Counted from the whole stretch's first letter, positions 38,555 through 48,626 are shown. The stretch: 63,906 nucleotides of DNA, filler included, from an uncultured Methanosarcinales archaeon (GCA_964587045.1; 3 parts of 3 records of this genome joined end to end with filler, not necessarily neighbours in it); one strand, 5' to 3'. Numbers and translations: made by a program. The notes: generated by a model from the letters alone, not told the origin.

Positions 38555-38832
38555 AATTGCCTCTCCCTCAGTTGCGTTATGAAATATTCCAGGCAGTCGT
38601 AAGCGCACAGGTGGGCCTTCTTCCGAAGCTCCTTAGGTCCGAACGTCAGTTCGATGCCTTCTGAGCCGACCTCTTCACCACAGACTGCGCAGATGCGCTT
38701 GCCATGGGTGTTCAGCTCTTCCATGCGTTCCTTCACCAGCTCCCTGAGATGCTTGCCGCCACTCTCAAGGTCGAAGTGGAGCTTTTCAAGCTCGGTCAGG
38801 TCGAAGTCCTCAACTGCCTGCCTTATCTTCAT
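38551..38832 (-). CDS. Small Zn-finger (TRASH-like) protein
   Basis: CAVC...LCAYDCL; start overlaps the upstream stop. Confidence 0.7.
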   Translation of the reverse strand: MKIRQAVEDFDLTELEKLHFDLESGGKHLRELVKERMEELNTHGKRICAVCGEEVGSEGIELTFGPKELRKKAHLCAYDCLEYFITQLRERQL

Positions 38833-40121
38833 ATTGTTACCTCATCGTCCAGGTGCGGGACGTGCACATCGTAGCTGCCTTCAGCCCATTCCCTTAGCTT
38901 TTCGATATTCTCCCCGTCCCCATGCTGGATGACCAGCTTCTTTGGATTGGCCTTGCCTATCAGTTCCTTGATCTGGCTCTCGCCGCTGTGGGCCGAGAAG
39001 TCGAACTGCCTCACGTTGGCATAGACCTTGGATGCGAACCCGTCCAGCATCACCTCCCCCTTCTCGAGCAGCAGCCTCCCGTTGGTGTGATCGCCCTGGT
39101 AGCCTGTCAGGAGTATCGAGTTCTTGTCCTGGTGGGATAATCTCTTCAGGTAGTCTATTACGGGCCCCCCATTCAGCATGCCTGAGGTGGTTACGATGAT
39201 GCTCTGCTGTCTCGTGGCATCGTTCCTGTCATGGTGTCCTGTCACGTTCCTGAACCTGCTGTAGGCATGATCCAGCTTTTCGCTGTCCTTGATGAACGAT
39301 GGGTGCCTCAGGAATACCTCAGTCATGGTCTTGGCCATGCCGTCCAAGAACATGGGGACACCCCAATCCCTCTGTGCTAGCACCATCATGATTTCCTGCG
39401 CCCTTCCAAGGGCGAATGCGGGGATGAGGACGGTCCCTCCTCTTCCGATGGTGTTTCCGACCTCATCGAGGAATTCGGCCTCAGTCTGTTTCCTGTCTGG
39501 GTGCTCCCTTCCGCCATAGGTCGCTTCTGTTATCATTAGGTCTGGCCGGTTCTTCGGTTCGCTCGCCGGTGACATCAGCTTGGTGGGAGTCAGGTTGAAA
39601 TCGCCTGTGTACAGTATGGTCTTGCCGTGGACATTCATCTCGACCAGGCTCGAGCCGGGGATGTGGCCCGCGTTGTGGAATTTCAGGTTTATGTCTGTTG
39701 CGGCGATGGTGCCCTCCTGTCCGTATTCGAGAGTGTTGAACCGGTCGATCATTCGGTGGATGTCTACGGCGGCGAAGGCCGGGTGGTGGTGGGAGAGCCT
39801 CTCTATTTTCAGCGAGTCCTTTAGGAGCACTGCTGCTATGTCCCTTGTAGGAGCAGTCCCTATTATGGGGCAGTCGAGCCCTTCATGCTCCAGTAACGGG
39901 ATTGCGCCTGTGTGGTCCAGATGGCCATGAGACAGAACTATAGCATGGACGCTTTTGAGGTGTTCGATTCGTGTAGGGTAGAGCGGTCCTTGGTGCGATA
40001 TCTCGACGCCTGCATCGAGCAGGACCTTTTTTGGGTTGTTCTTGTCTGTCGAGAAATCTACCTCAATACAGCTCCTGCCCACCTCGTAGGCGCCTCCGTG
40101 GAACCTTAAGGTGACATCCAT
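38829..40121 (-). CDS. Metallo-beta-lactamase/beta-CASP ribonuclease (CPSF-like, no KH domains)
   Basis: EVGRSC, SHGHLDH, AGHIPGS, YTGD, EATYG, FSAH, QHGD. Confidence 0.92.
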   Translation of the reverse strand: MDVTLRFHGGAYEVGRSCIEVDFSTDKNNPKKVLLDAGVEISHQGPLYPTRIEHLKSVHAIVLSHGHLDHTGAIPLLEHEGLDCPIIGTAPTRDIAAVLLKDSLKIERLSHHHPAFAAVDIHRMIDRFNTLEYGQEGTIAATDINLKFHNAGHIPGSSLVEMNVHGKTILYTGDFNLTPTKLMSPASEPKNRPDLMITEATYGGREHPDRKQTEAEFLDEVGNTIGRGGTVLIPAFALGRAQEIMMVLAQRDWGVPMFLDGMAKTMTEVFLRHPSFIKDSEKLDHAYSRFRNVTGHHDRNDATRQQSIIVTTSGMLNGGPVIDYLKRLSHQDKNSILLTGYQGDHTNGRLLLEKGEVMLDGFASKVYANVRQFDFSAHSGESQIKELIGKANPKKLVIQHGDGENIEKLREWAEGSYDVHVPHLDDEVTI

Positions 40122-40429
40122 TCCTCAAGCACCTTCCTCCTTCTGTCGTCAAGCTCCACCAGCTGCTTCTTGGCATTTCCTCTGCTCATCATCACTATGA
40201 ACGCGCAGTCTTTCTTGATTGAGAAAATGACTCTGGGCTTGCCCCTAGCTGCCTCTCCGGTCCTGCGCTTCGTGACCAGTCCGGAAAGCTCGAGGAGTCT
40301 CAGCTGTTGGCTGACGTTTGCAAGAGAAGTCTCGAGCTGTTCAGCGAGTTCGAGGGGGGACCTCTCCTTTTCGGCAAGCAGGATGATCATGTCCCACTTG
40401 GTTTCGCTGAACAGTCGCTCGAGCCCCAT
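40106..40429 (-). CDS. ArsR-like winged-helix regulator
   Basis: SPLELAEQLETSLANVSQQLRLLELSGLV...GKPRVIF. Confidence 0.85.
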   Translation of the reverse strand: MGLERLFSETKWDMIILLAEKERSPLELAEQLETSLANVSQQLRLLELSGLVTKRRTGEAARGKPRVIFSIKKDCAFIVMMSRGNAKKQLVELDDRRRKVLEEWMSP

Positions 40430-40454
40430 TAAAGTCAATTAATGCCCAAACCAG

Positions 40455-40490
40455 TATTTAAATTTATCGTTTATTATATTAATTAATATA
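40455..40490 (-). promoter_or_regulatory. TATA box with adjacent 16-bp palindrome upstream of the ArsR gene
   Basis: TTTAAATA (minus strand, 40455-40462) about 26 nt from ATG 40429; TATATTAATTAATATA at 40475-40490. Confidence 0.5.
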
Positions 40491-40557
40491 CTGGATTCTA
40501 ATTTATTACTTATTTAATCAGTGAAAAAGAATTATTGGCATCCTTTACCGACCTGCT

Positions 40558-41130
40558 TTATGCTATGAAGAAAGTCGAGTCGTCCCAAGCCTCTTTTACT
40601 ATCCCTCTCTCCATATTCAGGTTTGGTATGTAGTTATGGAAAACCCGTATAGGCAGGTTGATGTCTACCACATGCACCAACTTGATGGGGTTGGGTCCGA
40701 AGAGCTTCTCAAGGTATGGCACGACCTCTGCGTTGTAAATCTCGATTATGTCTTCCCTTTCCCTGCTCATGATCCAGAAGATCAATACCACGCTGCCGTT
40801 GGACTCCCCAATGAACTCTAGGAATATGTGCTTGGTCAGGACCGAGTTGTGGATGTTGGCCAGTATGGTGTCGGTCACCTGCTTTCTGGTCAGCCCTCCC
40901 CTGAGGGTCACGCAGTACATCTGCTGGCCATGGAAGGCTTTGGTGCCGTTCATTCCGTTGTTGACCATGGTGAAGTAATAGATCTTATTCTCCTCCTCCA
41001 TCCTTTTGCGTTTTCTGTTGACAGTCTTGACAGGGATGCCGGTCTTCTTAGATATCTGGTTGTCAGAAATTCGCGGGTTCTTAACAAGCTCTTGGAGTAT
41101 TTTCTTCTCCTGTACATCAACCATGTCCAT
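40558..41130 (-). CDS. Lrp/AsnC-like HTH regulator
   Basis: KILQELVKNPRISDNQISKKTGIPVKTVNRKRKRME; ggggggag SD before ATG 41130. Confidence 0.75.
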   Translation of the reverse strand: MDMVDVQEKKILQELVKNPRISDNQISKKTGIPVKTVNRKRKRMEEENKIYYFTMVNNGMNGTKAFHGQQMYCVTLRGGLTRKQVTDTILANIHNSVLTKHIFLEFIGESNGSVVLIFWIMSREREDIIEIYNAEVVPYLEKLFGPNPIKLVHVVDINLPIRVFHNYIPNLNMERGIVKEAWDDSTFFIA

Positions 41131-41581
41131 GCTGTTCTCCCCCCCAAATTTTTGATAAAATCGATTAAAACATGCCAATAATAATTCAATATTGACACAT
41201 AATCCCATTCACATACCAGGCTCATATATATATTTTTTCCATGCATGACCGGATGGGACGTGAAAACGTCTAAACCGGCTCATTTTTTCTCTCTTGGGTC
41301 ACGACATGAATTGGACTGTAAAACATCTTGTCCTTGTGCTGCAAAAAATTGCATATAACCCCAGATTTGTTCCCAAGTTTACATCTTTTTGGTAGGGAAT
41401 GTAAATATATTTGTCCATTTCGACGACAAAATTGCATTTCGTCACCAAGTGGTAGATAAGGAAATTATTTATAGAAGGTATGCTAAAAGAAGTTATAATC
41501 ATAGATTTAAGTAGAGTTTAGGAGAGTGAGGACTATGTCGGGGAATATCCGGCGCGGTCCATAAACCGCGAGTGACTTCGA

Positions 41582-42808
41582 ATGAGAGTGCTGATGTTCG
41601 GATGGGAATTTCCACCCTTTAATGCTGGCGGGCTAGGCGTGGCATGTAAGGGGTTAACGACAGGGCTATCCAATCATGGTGTCGAGGTCACCTTCGTCAT
41701 TCCAAAGGCACCTGAAGGAGTCTCATCAGACACTGTCAAGCTCTTGGTCGCGAGTAACCTCAAGATTGAGAACCTCAAAGTAACTGGAGTCGATTCCCTC
41801 CTAGTGCCTTACATCACTTCTGAAGCCTACGCTGACAAGCTCATGTCATACCTCACCCAGAAGGGGGGCAAAGGGCAGGCACCCGTGTATGGTGACGACC
41901 TCTTCGGAGAGGTCCATCGCTATGGTGAGATATCCAAGACCATCGCCAAGTTCGAGGACTTCGACCTCATTCACGCGCACGACTGGCTGACTTACAAGGC
42001 AGGGATTAACGCAAAGGAGGTCTCAGGCAAACCGCTCGTTGTCCATGTCCACGCGACCGAATTCGACCGCACAGGTGGCCATCCTAACCCGCAGATATAC
42101 GCCCTGGAGAGGGAAGGCATGCACGCGGCTGACTCAGTGATCACCGTCAGCGATTTCACCAAGCAGATGGTCGTCAATCATTACGGAGTCGAGCCTGAGA
42201 AGATTCACGTGGTGCACAACGCTGTCGAGTTCGAAAGGGACCAAAATTTCAGCAGGATCAACTCCGGAGACCCTCTCGTGCTCTTCTTGGGAAGGATAAC
42301 CATCCAGAAGGGCCCGGACTACTTCATCGACGCAGCCAAGAAGGTGTTGGATGTCAACCCTAAGGTCAAGTTTGCCATGGTAGGCTCAGGGGACATGCAG
42401 TCTCGGATGATCGACAAGGCAGCATCGTTGGGTATACTCAAAAACGTCATCTTCACCGGCTTCCTGAGGGGAGCGGACATCGATCGGGCCTACAAGATGG
42501 CAGACGTTTTCGTCATGCCTTCAATCTCTGAGCCCTTCGGCCTGGTGCCGCTCGAGGCGATGAGGAACAACACTCCATGCATCATATCAAAGACCTCAGG
42601 CGTGTCTGAGGTCATCAATCATTGCCTGAAGGTCGACTTCTGGGATGTCGATCACATGGCCAACCAGATACTCTCATTGCTCAAGTACAAGCCGTTGCAT
42701 AAGGAACTGTCAGAGAACGGCTACGAAGAGGTTCACAGCCTGAATTGGGACGATTCGGCTGCCAAATGCATTGACGTTTACAACAAGACCCTTATGCATG
42801 CGTTTTAG
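41582..42808 (+). CDS. GT4 glycosyltransferase, archaeal glycogen-synthase type
   Basis: GWEFPP...GGLG, HAHDWLT, HVHATEFDR, QKGPDYF, EPFGLVPLEAM; first gene of the glycogen cluster. Confidence 0.88.
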   Translation: MRVLMFGWEFPPFNAGGLGVACKGLTTGLSNHGVEVTFVIPKAPEGVSSDTVKLLVASNLKIENLKVTGVDSLLVPYITSEAYADKLMSYLTQKGGKGQAPVYGDDLFGEVHRYGEISKTIAKFEDFDLIHAHDWLTYKAGINAKEVSGKPLVVHVHATEFDRTGGHPNPQIYALEREGMHAADSVITVSDFTKQMVVNHYGVEPEKIHVVHNAVEFERDQNFSRINSGDPLVLFLGRITIQKGPDYFIDAAKKVLDVNPKVKFAMVGSGDMQSRMIDKAASLGILKNVIFTGFLRGADIDRAYKMADVFVMPSISEPFGLVPLEAMRNNTPCIISKTSGVSEVINHCLKVDFWDVDHMANQILSLLKYKPLHKELSENGYEEVHSLNWDDSAAKCIDVYNKTLMHAF

Positions 42809-42819
42809 GGGGGCGCTAT

Positions 42820-44058
42820 ATGGTCAAAGTTTGTATGTATTTCCAAGTTCATCAGCCGTGGAGGCTGAGGAAGTATTCTGTCTTCGAGATAGGCAGGAAC
42901 CCGGACTATTTCGACCACGTCCAGAACAGGGAAGTGCTAGAGAGGGTGGCCAAGAAATGCTACATCCCGGCGAACAACCTCCTCCTCCACCTTATCAAGC
43001 ACCTGGACGGTAAGCTCAAGGTGTCATTCTCCCTGACAGGATCTGTCGTCGAGCAGTTCGAGCACTACCTCCCAGAGGTCCTTGACAGCTTCAAGGAGCT
43101 CGCAAACACAGGCTGCGTAGAATTCCTCTCAGAGACCTATCACCACTCGCTTGCTTTCATCTACTCAAAGGAAGAGTTCAAGGCGCAGGTGCAATTGCAC
43201 AAGCGCATGATAAAACGCCTGTTCAACCAGACCCCGAAAGTGTTCAGGAACACCGAGCTCATATACAACAACGAGCTGGCTGCATACCTTGAGGGAATGG
43301 GGTACAAAGGCGTTCTCGCAGAAGGTGCCGACCACATCCTAGGGTGGCGGTCGCCGAACTACCTATACTCGCCGAGAGGGACCAAGAGCATCAGGCTGAT
43401 GCTGAAGAACTTCAGGCTCTCAGATGACATAGCCTTCAGGTTCTCTAACAGGGAGTGGGCCGAATGGCCGCTCACCTCGCAGAAGTTCACATCATGGATC
43501 AGCTCCCTTGAGGGAAGCGCCGATGTTGTCAACCTCTTCATGGACTACGAGACCCTGGGCGAGCACCAGTGGAGGGACACAGGCATCTTCACATTCCTAA
43601 AAAAGCTCCCTGTAGACCTCTTGAATGCGGGACACGAGTTCATAACGCCATCCGAGGCTGTAACAGGCATCGCCCCAAAGGACGAGCTGGACATTCCCCA
43701 CCCCACTTCTTGGGCAGACATGGAAAGGGACCTCTCAGCCTGGATGGGCAACAGGATGCAGCAGTCCGCCCTAAAAGAGCTTTACATGCTGGAGGACCAG
43801 ATAAAAAGCACGGGTGACAAGGACCTAATCGAGAGCTGGAGGAGACTCCAGTGCTCTGATAACTTTTATTACATGTGCACCAAATGGTTCCAGGACGGGG
43901 ACGTACACAAGTATTTCAATCCGTTCGAGAGCCCTTATGAGGGCTTCATTGCATTCATGAACGCCATGAACGACCTGATTGTCAGGAGCAGGCTCCAAGA
44001 GCAAGGAGGGCAAAAGCCTGACGAGAAGGACGTTGCTGAGGCGGTTGCAAAGCAATAG
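42820..44058 (+). CDS. GH57 alpha-amylase/glucanotransferase
   Basis: FQVHQP, ETYHHS, FRNTELIY, FMDYETLGEH, SWAD. Confidence 0.93.
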   Translation: MVKVCMYFQVHQPWRLRKYSVFEIGRNPDYFDHVQNREVLERVAKKCYIPANNLLLHLIKHLDGKLKVSFSLTGSVVEQFEHYLPEVLDSFKELANTGCVEFLSETYHHSLAFIYSKEEFKAQVQLHKRMIKRLFNQTPKVFRNTELIYNNELAAYLEGMGYKGVLAEGADHILGWRSPNYLYSPRGTKSIRLMLKNFRLSDDIAFRFSNREWAEWPLTSQKFTSWISSLEGSADVVNLFMDYETLGEHQWRDTGIFTFLKKLPVDLLNAGHEFITPSEAVTGIAPKDELDIPHPTSWADMERDLSAWMGNRMQQSALKELYMLEDQIKSTGDKDLIESWRRLQCSDNFYYMCTKWFQDGDVHKYFNPFESPYEGFIAFMNAMNDLIVRSRLQEQGGQKPDEKDVAEAVAKQ

Positions 44059-44074
44059 AAAAAGAGGTGATGTA

Positions 44075-44371
44075 ATGGCGGCGAGGAGAACGCGCGCTAT
44101 ATCAGGCTTAATTAAAAACGTTAGCGCAGACAACTTTTTTTTTCTGTGTGACGGACGCGTGGTCAAGAACGTTCGCGAGCTAGTGTACCTTCTGGACGAC
44201 ATCTCGGACGAGACCTTTTACCATCACGTGACTGCGGACAGGAACGATTTTGCGGCTTGGATCTCGGACGTAGTCAAGGATTACGAGTTAGGTGAGAAGG
44301 TAGGCAAGGAAAAGGACAGGCTACACATGCAGCTCGCAATATGCCGCCACCTCATCAAGAAGATACGGTGA
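44075..44371 (+). CDS. DUF5752-like small protein
   Basis: FFLCDG..VKNVREL...FYHHV..DRNDFAAWISDV; gaggtga SD. Confidence 0.75.
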   Translation: MAARRTRAISGLIKNVSADNFFFLCDGRVVKNVRELVYLLDDISDETFYHHVTADRNDFAAWISDVVKDYELGEKVGKEKDRLHMQLAICRHLIKKIR

Positions 44372-44376
44372 TTATT

Positions 44377-44970
44377 ATGGTTCACACAAGAAGTCCGCTC
44401 AGGGAGATAAACGGTGACAAGAGATTCTTCCTGCCTGACGGGAGGATCATACAGAGCCTGGAGGGCCTGCGAGACTCGCTGGAGACCATGGCCCCCGAGG
44501 CGTTCTCAGCCCAGGTCAACGCTGACCATGACAACTTCAGGAACTGGATCCATGAGGTGGTCAAGGATGAGGAGCTTGCGCGCAAGCTTGAAGGCGTTCA
44601 CGACAGGGACAAATACCATTCAATCATTAAGGACCGCATAACCGAGATCCACCATCGCGTCGATGCCGAGAAGCTCGCAAAGATGGCTCCTTCGGCACCC
44701 AAGCAGCCGGACCAGCAGGAGCTGGGCGAACCCCCACCAATAGGGTTTGCCGATTCAGAGGACGAGTCCTTAGTGGAGGACGTCGTAAGCGACCAGAGCA
44801 GCGCAAGGGAGCTCCTCAACGAGATCAAGACTGAGAAGGGCCACAACCTGCCGGGCAAGGCGCCATTCGAGTGTCCTAAGGAGGTCATGGTCAAGTGCAA
44901 GGTGAGGGAGTTCATATACGGTCTGGTAACCGGGCTGGTGATAGGCTTCCTCCTGTTCAGGGTGCTATGA
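44377..44970 (+). CDS. DUF5752-like domain, acidic/Pro linker and C-terminal TM anchor
   Basis: FFLPDG..IQSLEGL...HDNFRNWIHEVVKDEELA; tail FIYGLVTGLVIGFLLFRVL. Confidence 0.72.
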   Translation: MVHTRSPLREINGDKRFFLPDGRIIQSLEGLRDSLETMAPEAFSAQVNADHDNFRNWIHEVVKDEELARKLEGVHDRDKYHSIIKDRITEIHHRVDAEKLAKMAPSAPKQPDQQELGEPPPIGFADSEDESLVEDVVSDQSSARELLNEIKTEKGHNLPGKAPFECPKEVMVKCKVREFIYGLVTGLVIGFLLFRVL

Positions 44971-46736
44971 TGACGACGCCGAACGCTGACTACCTCTTCG
45001 AAGCCTCTTGGGAAGTATGCAACAAGGTTGGGGGCATCTACGTAGTCGTCAGGTCAAAAGCCGCACTCCTCGCCGGTATGTACAAAAACTACATCCTGAT
45101 AGGCCCTTACTTCCCGGACAAGGCCTATGTTGAGCATATACAGTGCTCAATGCCCGCCCCCTTCAGAGAGATATTCGACGAGCTCTCCAAGGAGGGCATC
45201 AACTGCATCTTCGGCAAGTGGCAGATAAAGGGCGAACCGTACGCCATACTCATAGATTTCTCAAATATAGTCCAGATGAAGGACAAGCTAAAGGCGAGTC
45301 TCTGGGAAAAGTACGGCATAGACTCGCTTAACGCCCATTGGGATTTCGAGGAGCCCATGTTATGGTGCTGGGCGGTCAGCAGGCTGCTCGAGAAGTTCAA
45401 GGAAAGGATGCCTGAGGCCAAGACTGTGGGCCAGTTCCACGAATGGATGGCTGGCATGACCCTGCTTTTCCTGAAGAGTAAGGGCGTTGACATCAAGACG
45501 GTGTTCACCACCCATGCGACCATGCTTGGCAGGAGCATGGCAGGCAGCGGAATGGACCTCTATTCCATGCTGGACACTATCAATCCGACCGAGGAGGCCT
45601 ACAAGCTGAACGTCCAGGAGAAGTTCCTAACGGAGAAAGCCTGCGCCCAGAACGCGAGCGTCTTTACGACGGTGTCAGAGATAACTGGTCTCGAAGCAGA
45701 GAAGATCCTTGGACGCAATCCTGAAGTTTTGGTGCTAAACGGGCTTCCAGTGGAGACCTTCCCCACATTCGAGGAAGTGGCGGTGCTTCATAGGGAGTCC
45801 AGGGACACCATGAGGGATTTCCTGGCGTATTACTTCTTCCCATATTACTTCTTCGACCTGGCCAACTCACTATCCTTCTTCATAATAGGCCGTTACGAGT
45901 TCAAGAACAAGGGAATAGACATGTTCATCCAGGCATTGGGCAGGCTCAACCAGCTACTCAAGGAGGAGCCTGAATCCAAGACTATAATCGCCTTCTTCTG
46001 GATACCCCATATGGTGGGAGGCATCAAGCCGCAGCTGATGGAGAGCAAGGATCACTACTTCGCCATCAAGAAAGCGGTCGAGGAGCACGCTGACCAGCTG
46101 AAGAGGGATATAGTGCGCAGCCTGGTTTCTGACAGGGAACTGGACACAAAGGAACTTTTCGATCGGGACTTCATGAAGAATGCCAAGCAGAAGATGCAGA
46201 CCTTCAAGAGGGGCGGCACCCCGTTGCTGACCACCCACGACTTCCCTGATGAGTGGGGCGATGCGATAATCAAGGCTTTCATCGAGAACGGCCTGCACAA
46301 CCGGGAAGAGGACAAGGTTAAAGTGGTCGAGTACCCAGTCTACCTTACCGGATCCGACGGGCTGTTGGACCTGGGCTACTACGCTGCCATGGCAGGGTGC
46401 CACTTGGGTGTCTTCCCCAGCTATTACGAACCTTGGGGCTACACACCTCTTGAGAGCGCAATCTATGGGGTTCCTGCAATCACGACCGACCTGGCCGGAT
46501 TCGGACGCTTCATCAAGGATAAAGCGGGGGATGGCATCATCGTCATACCAAGAATCAACACTTCCTGGGAGGACTCGGTCAAGACCCTGACAGATGAGCT
46601 CTTCAAGTACGCGCACCTCAAGCACGGAGACAGGGTCAAGCAAAAGATTGCGGCCCGAAAGCTGGCGGAGACAGCAGATTGGGAATTCCTGATAGAGAAC
46701 TACATTAAGGCCCACAACCTAGCCTTGGAGCGCTAG
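44967..46736 (+). CDS. GT3 glycogen synthase
   Basis: FEASWEVCNKVGGIY, FHEWM, FTTHATMLGR, GRYEFKNKG, GVFPSYYEPWGYTPLE. Confidence 0.93.
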   Translation: MMTTPNADYLFEASWEVCNKVGGIYVVVRSKAALLAGMYKNYILIGPYFPDKAYVEHIQCSMPAPFREIFDELSKEGINCIFGKWQIKGEPYAILIDFSNIVQMKDKLKASLWEKYGIDSLNAHWDFEEPMLWCWAVSRLLEKFKERMPEAKTVGQFHEWMAGMTLLFLKSKGVDIKTVFTTHATMLGRSMAGSGMDLYSMLDTINPTEEAYKLNVQEKFLTEKACAQNASVFTTVSEITGLEAEKILGRNPEVLVLNGLPVETFPTFEEVAVLHRESRDTMRDFLAYYFFPYYFFDLANSLSFFIIGRYEFKNKGIDMFIQALGRLNQLLKEEPESKTIIAFFWIPHMVGGIKPQLMESKDHYFAIKKAVEEHADQLKRDIVRSLVSDRELDTKELFDRDFMKNAKQKMQTFKRGGTPLLTTHDFPDEWGDAIIKAFIENGLHNREEDKVKVVEYPVYLTGSDGLLDLGYYAAMAGCHLGVFPSYYEPWGYTPLESAIYGVPAITTDLAGFGRFIKDKAGDGIIVIPRINTSWEDSVKTLTDELFKYAHLKHGDRVKQKIAARKLAETADWEFLIENYIKAHNLALER

Positions 46737-47789
46737 CAGGTCGAAGATAGAATAAGGGTCAGCAGCGATAACGTTATGGCGCACGAGAAGCTCCATTGCG
46801 CCGACATCGCTGGGCTTCTTTGACAGGTCACCCCTGTCGACAATCCTTATCAGGTAGGGGAAACCGTCCCAGCCCTCCATCTCCTCGAGAGGTGGTATAA
46901 GGATTGCGACATTGAACGATGTGACGTGCATCTTCTCCTTGAAGGCCATGAGTACGCGGGAGAGCAGCCTGGCAGTTCCCTCGCCGATATCCTTTGCGAT
47001 GATGTCGACCTCCTTTTCCTTCATTGGGGTCAGGCTGGCAACTATCCTGCCACCGTCGACCTCGGCTCCGAGCCCGACCATCTCATGGGCGCGGAACCAG
47101 TCGTCGATATAACTGCTGTTGTACTTGTACTTGTACCACTCCATGACTGCCCTGAGCTGTTGGGCATAGCCGTAGTGGTGGTCTGTGCCGAGCAGCATCT
47201 GCATGTGGCCGTGCACCAGCGATGCGCCTGCCTTCCATAGGCAGTTCCAGATTATCAATGGGTAGTAGGCTTTTGGATGGGCATCGTACGCGCTCCTTAT
47301 CCAATCCTGGGCGGTCCGCAGGTAGCTCATGACATCCCCTTCAGAGAAGTCCAAGGGGTTGTGCTTGTTGAATACAACCAGGCCGTGGAAGCCGTCGTAC
47401 TTGGCCACGTTCGACGCGGTGACGCCGTTTTCCCCCTTGATCCTGCCGAAGGTGTCCTCCGGCGTGGTCTCGTAAGGGTGGCAGAAAGGGTCCTTTCCTT
47501 CCTGGGCGTTTACCTCCTCCCAGAAATCCGCCTTCGCAGGGACCATCGGCCTCTTGGCCCTGACCGCGTTGAAGAGGGCGGCTTCGAAGGTAAAGCGGTT
47601 GGAGATCTTGACTATGTCCTGCGTGGTTATGTCATCGCCGCCGAAGGTCTTTTCCACCCAACCTTTCATGCTTTCGGGCACCACCAGCTTGCCGATTGTC
47701 TTCCCGACATCAAATATCCTTGTGAAGATCTCCCTTTGATCTTCGGGCAGGGAAGAGACTTTCTCCTGCAGTTTGATGATTCTCGGCAT
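46719..47789 (-). CDS. GalT/HIT-superfamily nucleotidyltransferase
   Basis: DPFC, NVAKY, WN...AGASLVHGHMQ (HxHxQ). Confidence 0.82.
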   Translation of the reverse strand: MPRIIKLQEKVSSLPEDQREIFTRIFDVGKTIGKLVVPESMKGWVEKTFGGDDITTQDIVKISNRFTFEAALFNAVRAKRPMVPAKADFWEEVNAQEGKDPFCHPYETTPEDTFGRIKGENGVTASNVAKYDGFHGLVVFNKHNPLDFSEGDVMSYLRTAQDWIRSAYDAHPKAYYPLIIWNCLWKAGASLVHGHMQMLLGTDHHYGYAQQLRAVMEWYKYKYNSSYIDDWFRAHEMVGLGAEVDGGRIVASLTPMKEKEVDIIAKDIGEGTARLLSRVLMAFKEKMHVTSFNVAILIPPLEEMEGWDGFPYLIRIVDRGDLSKKPSDVGAMELLVRHNVIAADPYSIFDLLALQG

Positions 47790-47879
47790 AGGATGGATTT
47801 GGGCGAACCCCTATAATAAATTTATGCGAAGTTTTTTATACTTGACATGTCACGAATTTAAAGATAAGACGGGGGTATC

Positions 47880-48614
47880 ATGATGAAAGCAATCATTCTC
47901 GCAGGAGGTTACGCCACCAGGCTTTACCCGCTGACTGAGAACCAGCCCAAACACCTGCTCATGATCGGGAAAGAGACCATGATGGATAGGGTCATGGACA
48001 AGATTGTGGAAGTCGATGCCGTGGATGAGGTTTTCGTTGTCACGAACAACAAGTTCCACAAGAACTTTGAGGAGTGGAGATCCAAGGCTGACTATCCTGT
48101 ACCGATCAAGATTTACAATGACGGCACCATGAGCAATGACGACCGGCTGGGCTCTGTGGGTGACATGAATTTTGTCATCCAAAAGGAGGACATACACGGT
48201 GAGGTCCTGGTTGTTGCAGCGGACAATCTCTTCGAGTTCAGCCTCAAGAGGATGCACAGTTTCTATCTTGAGAAGGGCGGCTCGGTCGTCGCCGTGAGGG
48301 ACCTTAAGGACCCAAAGATGCTCGCGAACAAGTTCGGCGTCGTCGAATGCGAAGACGAGGATCGGATCACAGGTTTCGAGGAGAAGCCAGAGCATCCGAA
48401 GACTACGCTCGCAGCCACTCTAATCTACATGCTCACGCCAGAAGCGGTGGCGTTCCTGAGGAAGCTGATGGAGGGCCGCACCATGGATGATGCGGGGAGG
48501 TTCATCATCAGCCTCAGCAAGGAAAAGGAAGTCTTCGCTTACAGGTTTGATGAGGAATGGATTGATATCGGAAGCCATGAGCAGCTCGCCGAAGCCAGGA
48601 AAAAATACAGTTAG
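47880..48614 (+). CDS. Sugar-1-phosphate nucleotidyltransferase
   Basis: KAIILAGGYATRLYPLT..PK, FEEKP, WIDIG. Confidence 0.93.
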   Translation: MMKAIILAGGYATRLYPLTENQPKHLLMIGKETMMDRVMDKIVEVDAVDEVFVVTNNKFHKNFEEWRSKADYPVPIKIYNDGTMSNDDRLGSVGDMNFVIQKEDIHGEVLVVAADNLFEFSLKRMHSFYLEKGGSVVAVRDLKDPKMLANKFGVVECEDEDRITGFEEKPEHPKTTLAATLIYMLTPEAVAFLRKLMEGRTMDDAGRFIISLSKEKEVFAYRFDEEWIDIGSHEQLAEARKKYS

Positions 48615-48626
48615 TGGAAAAAGAGG

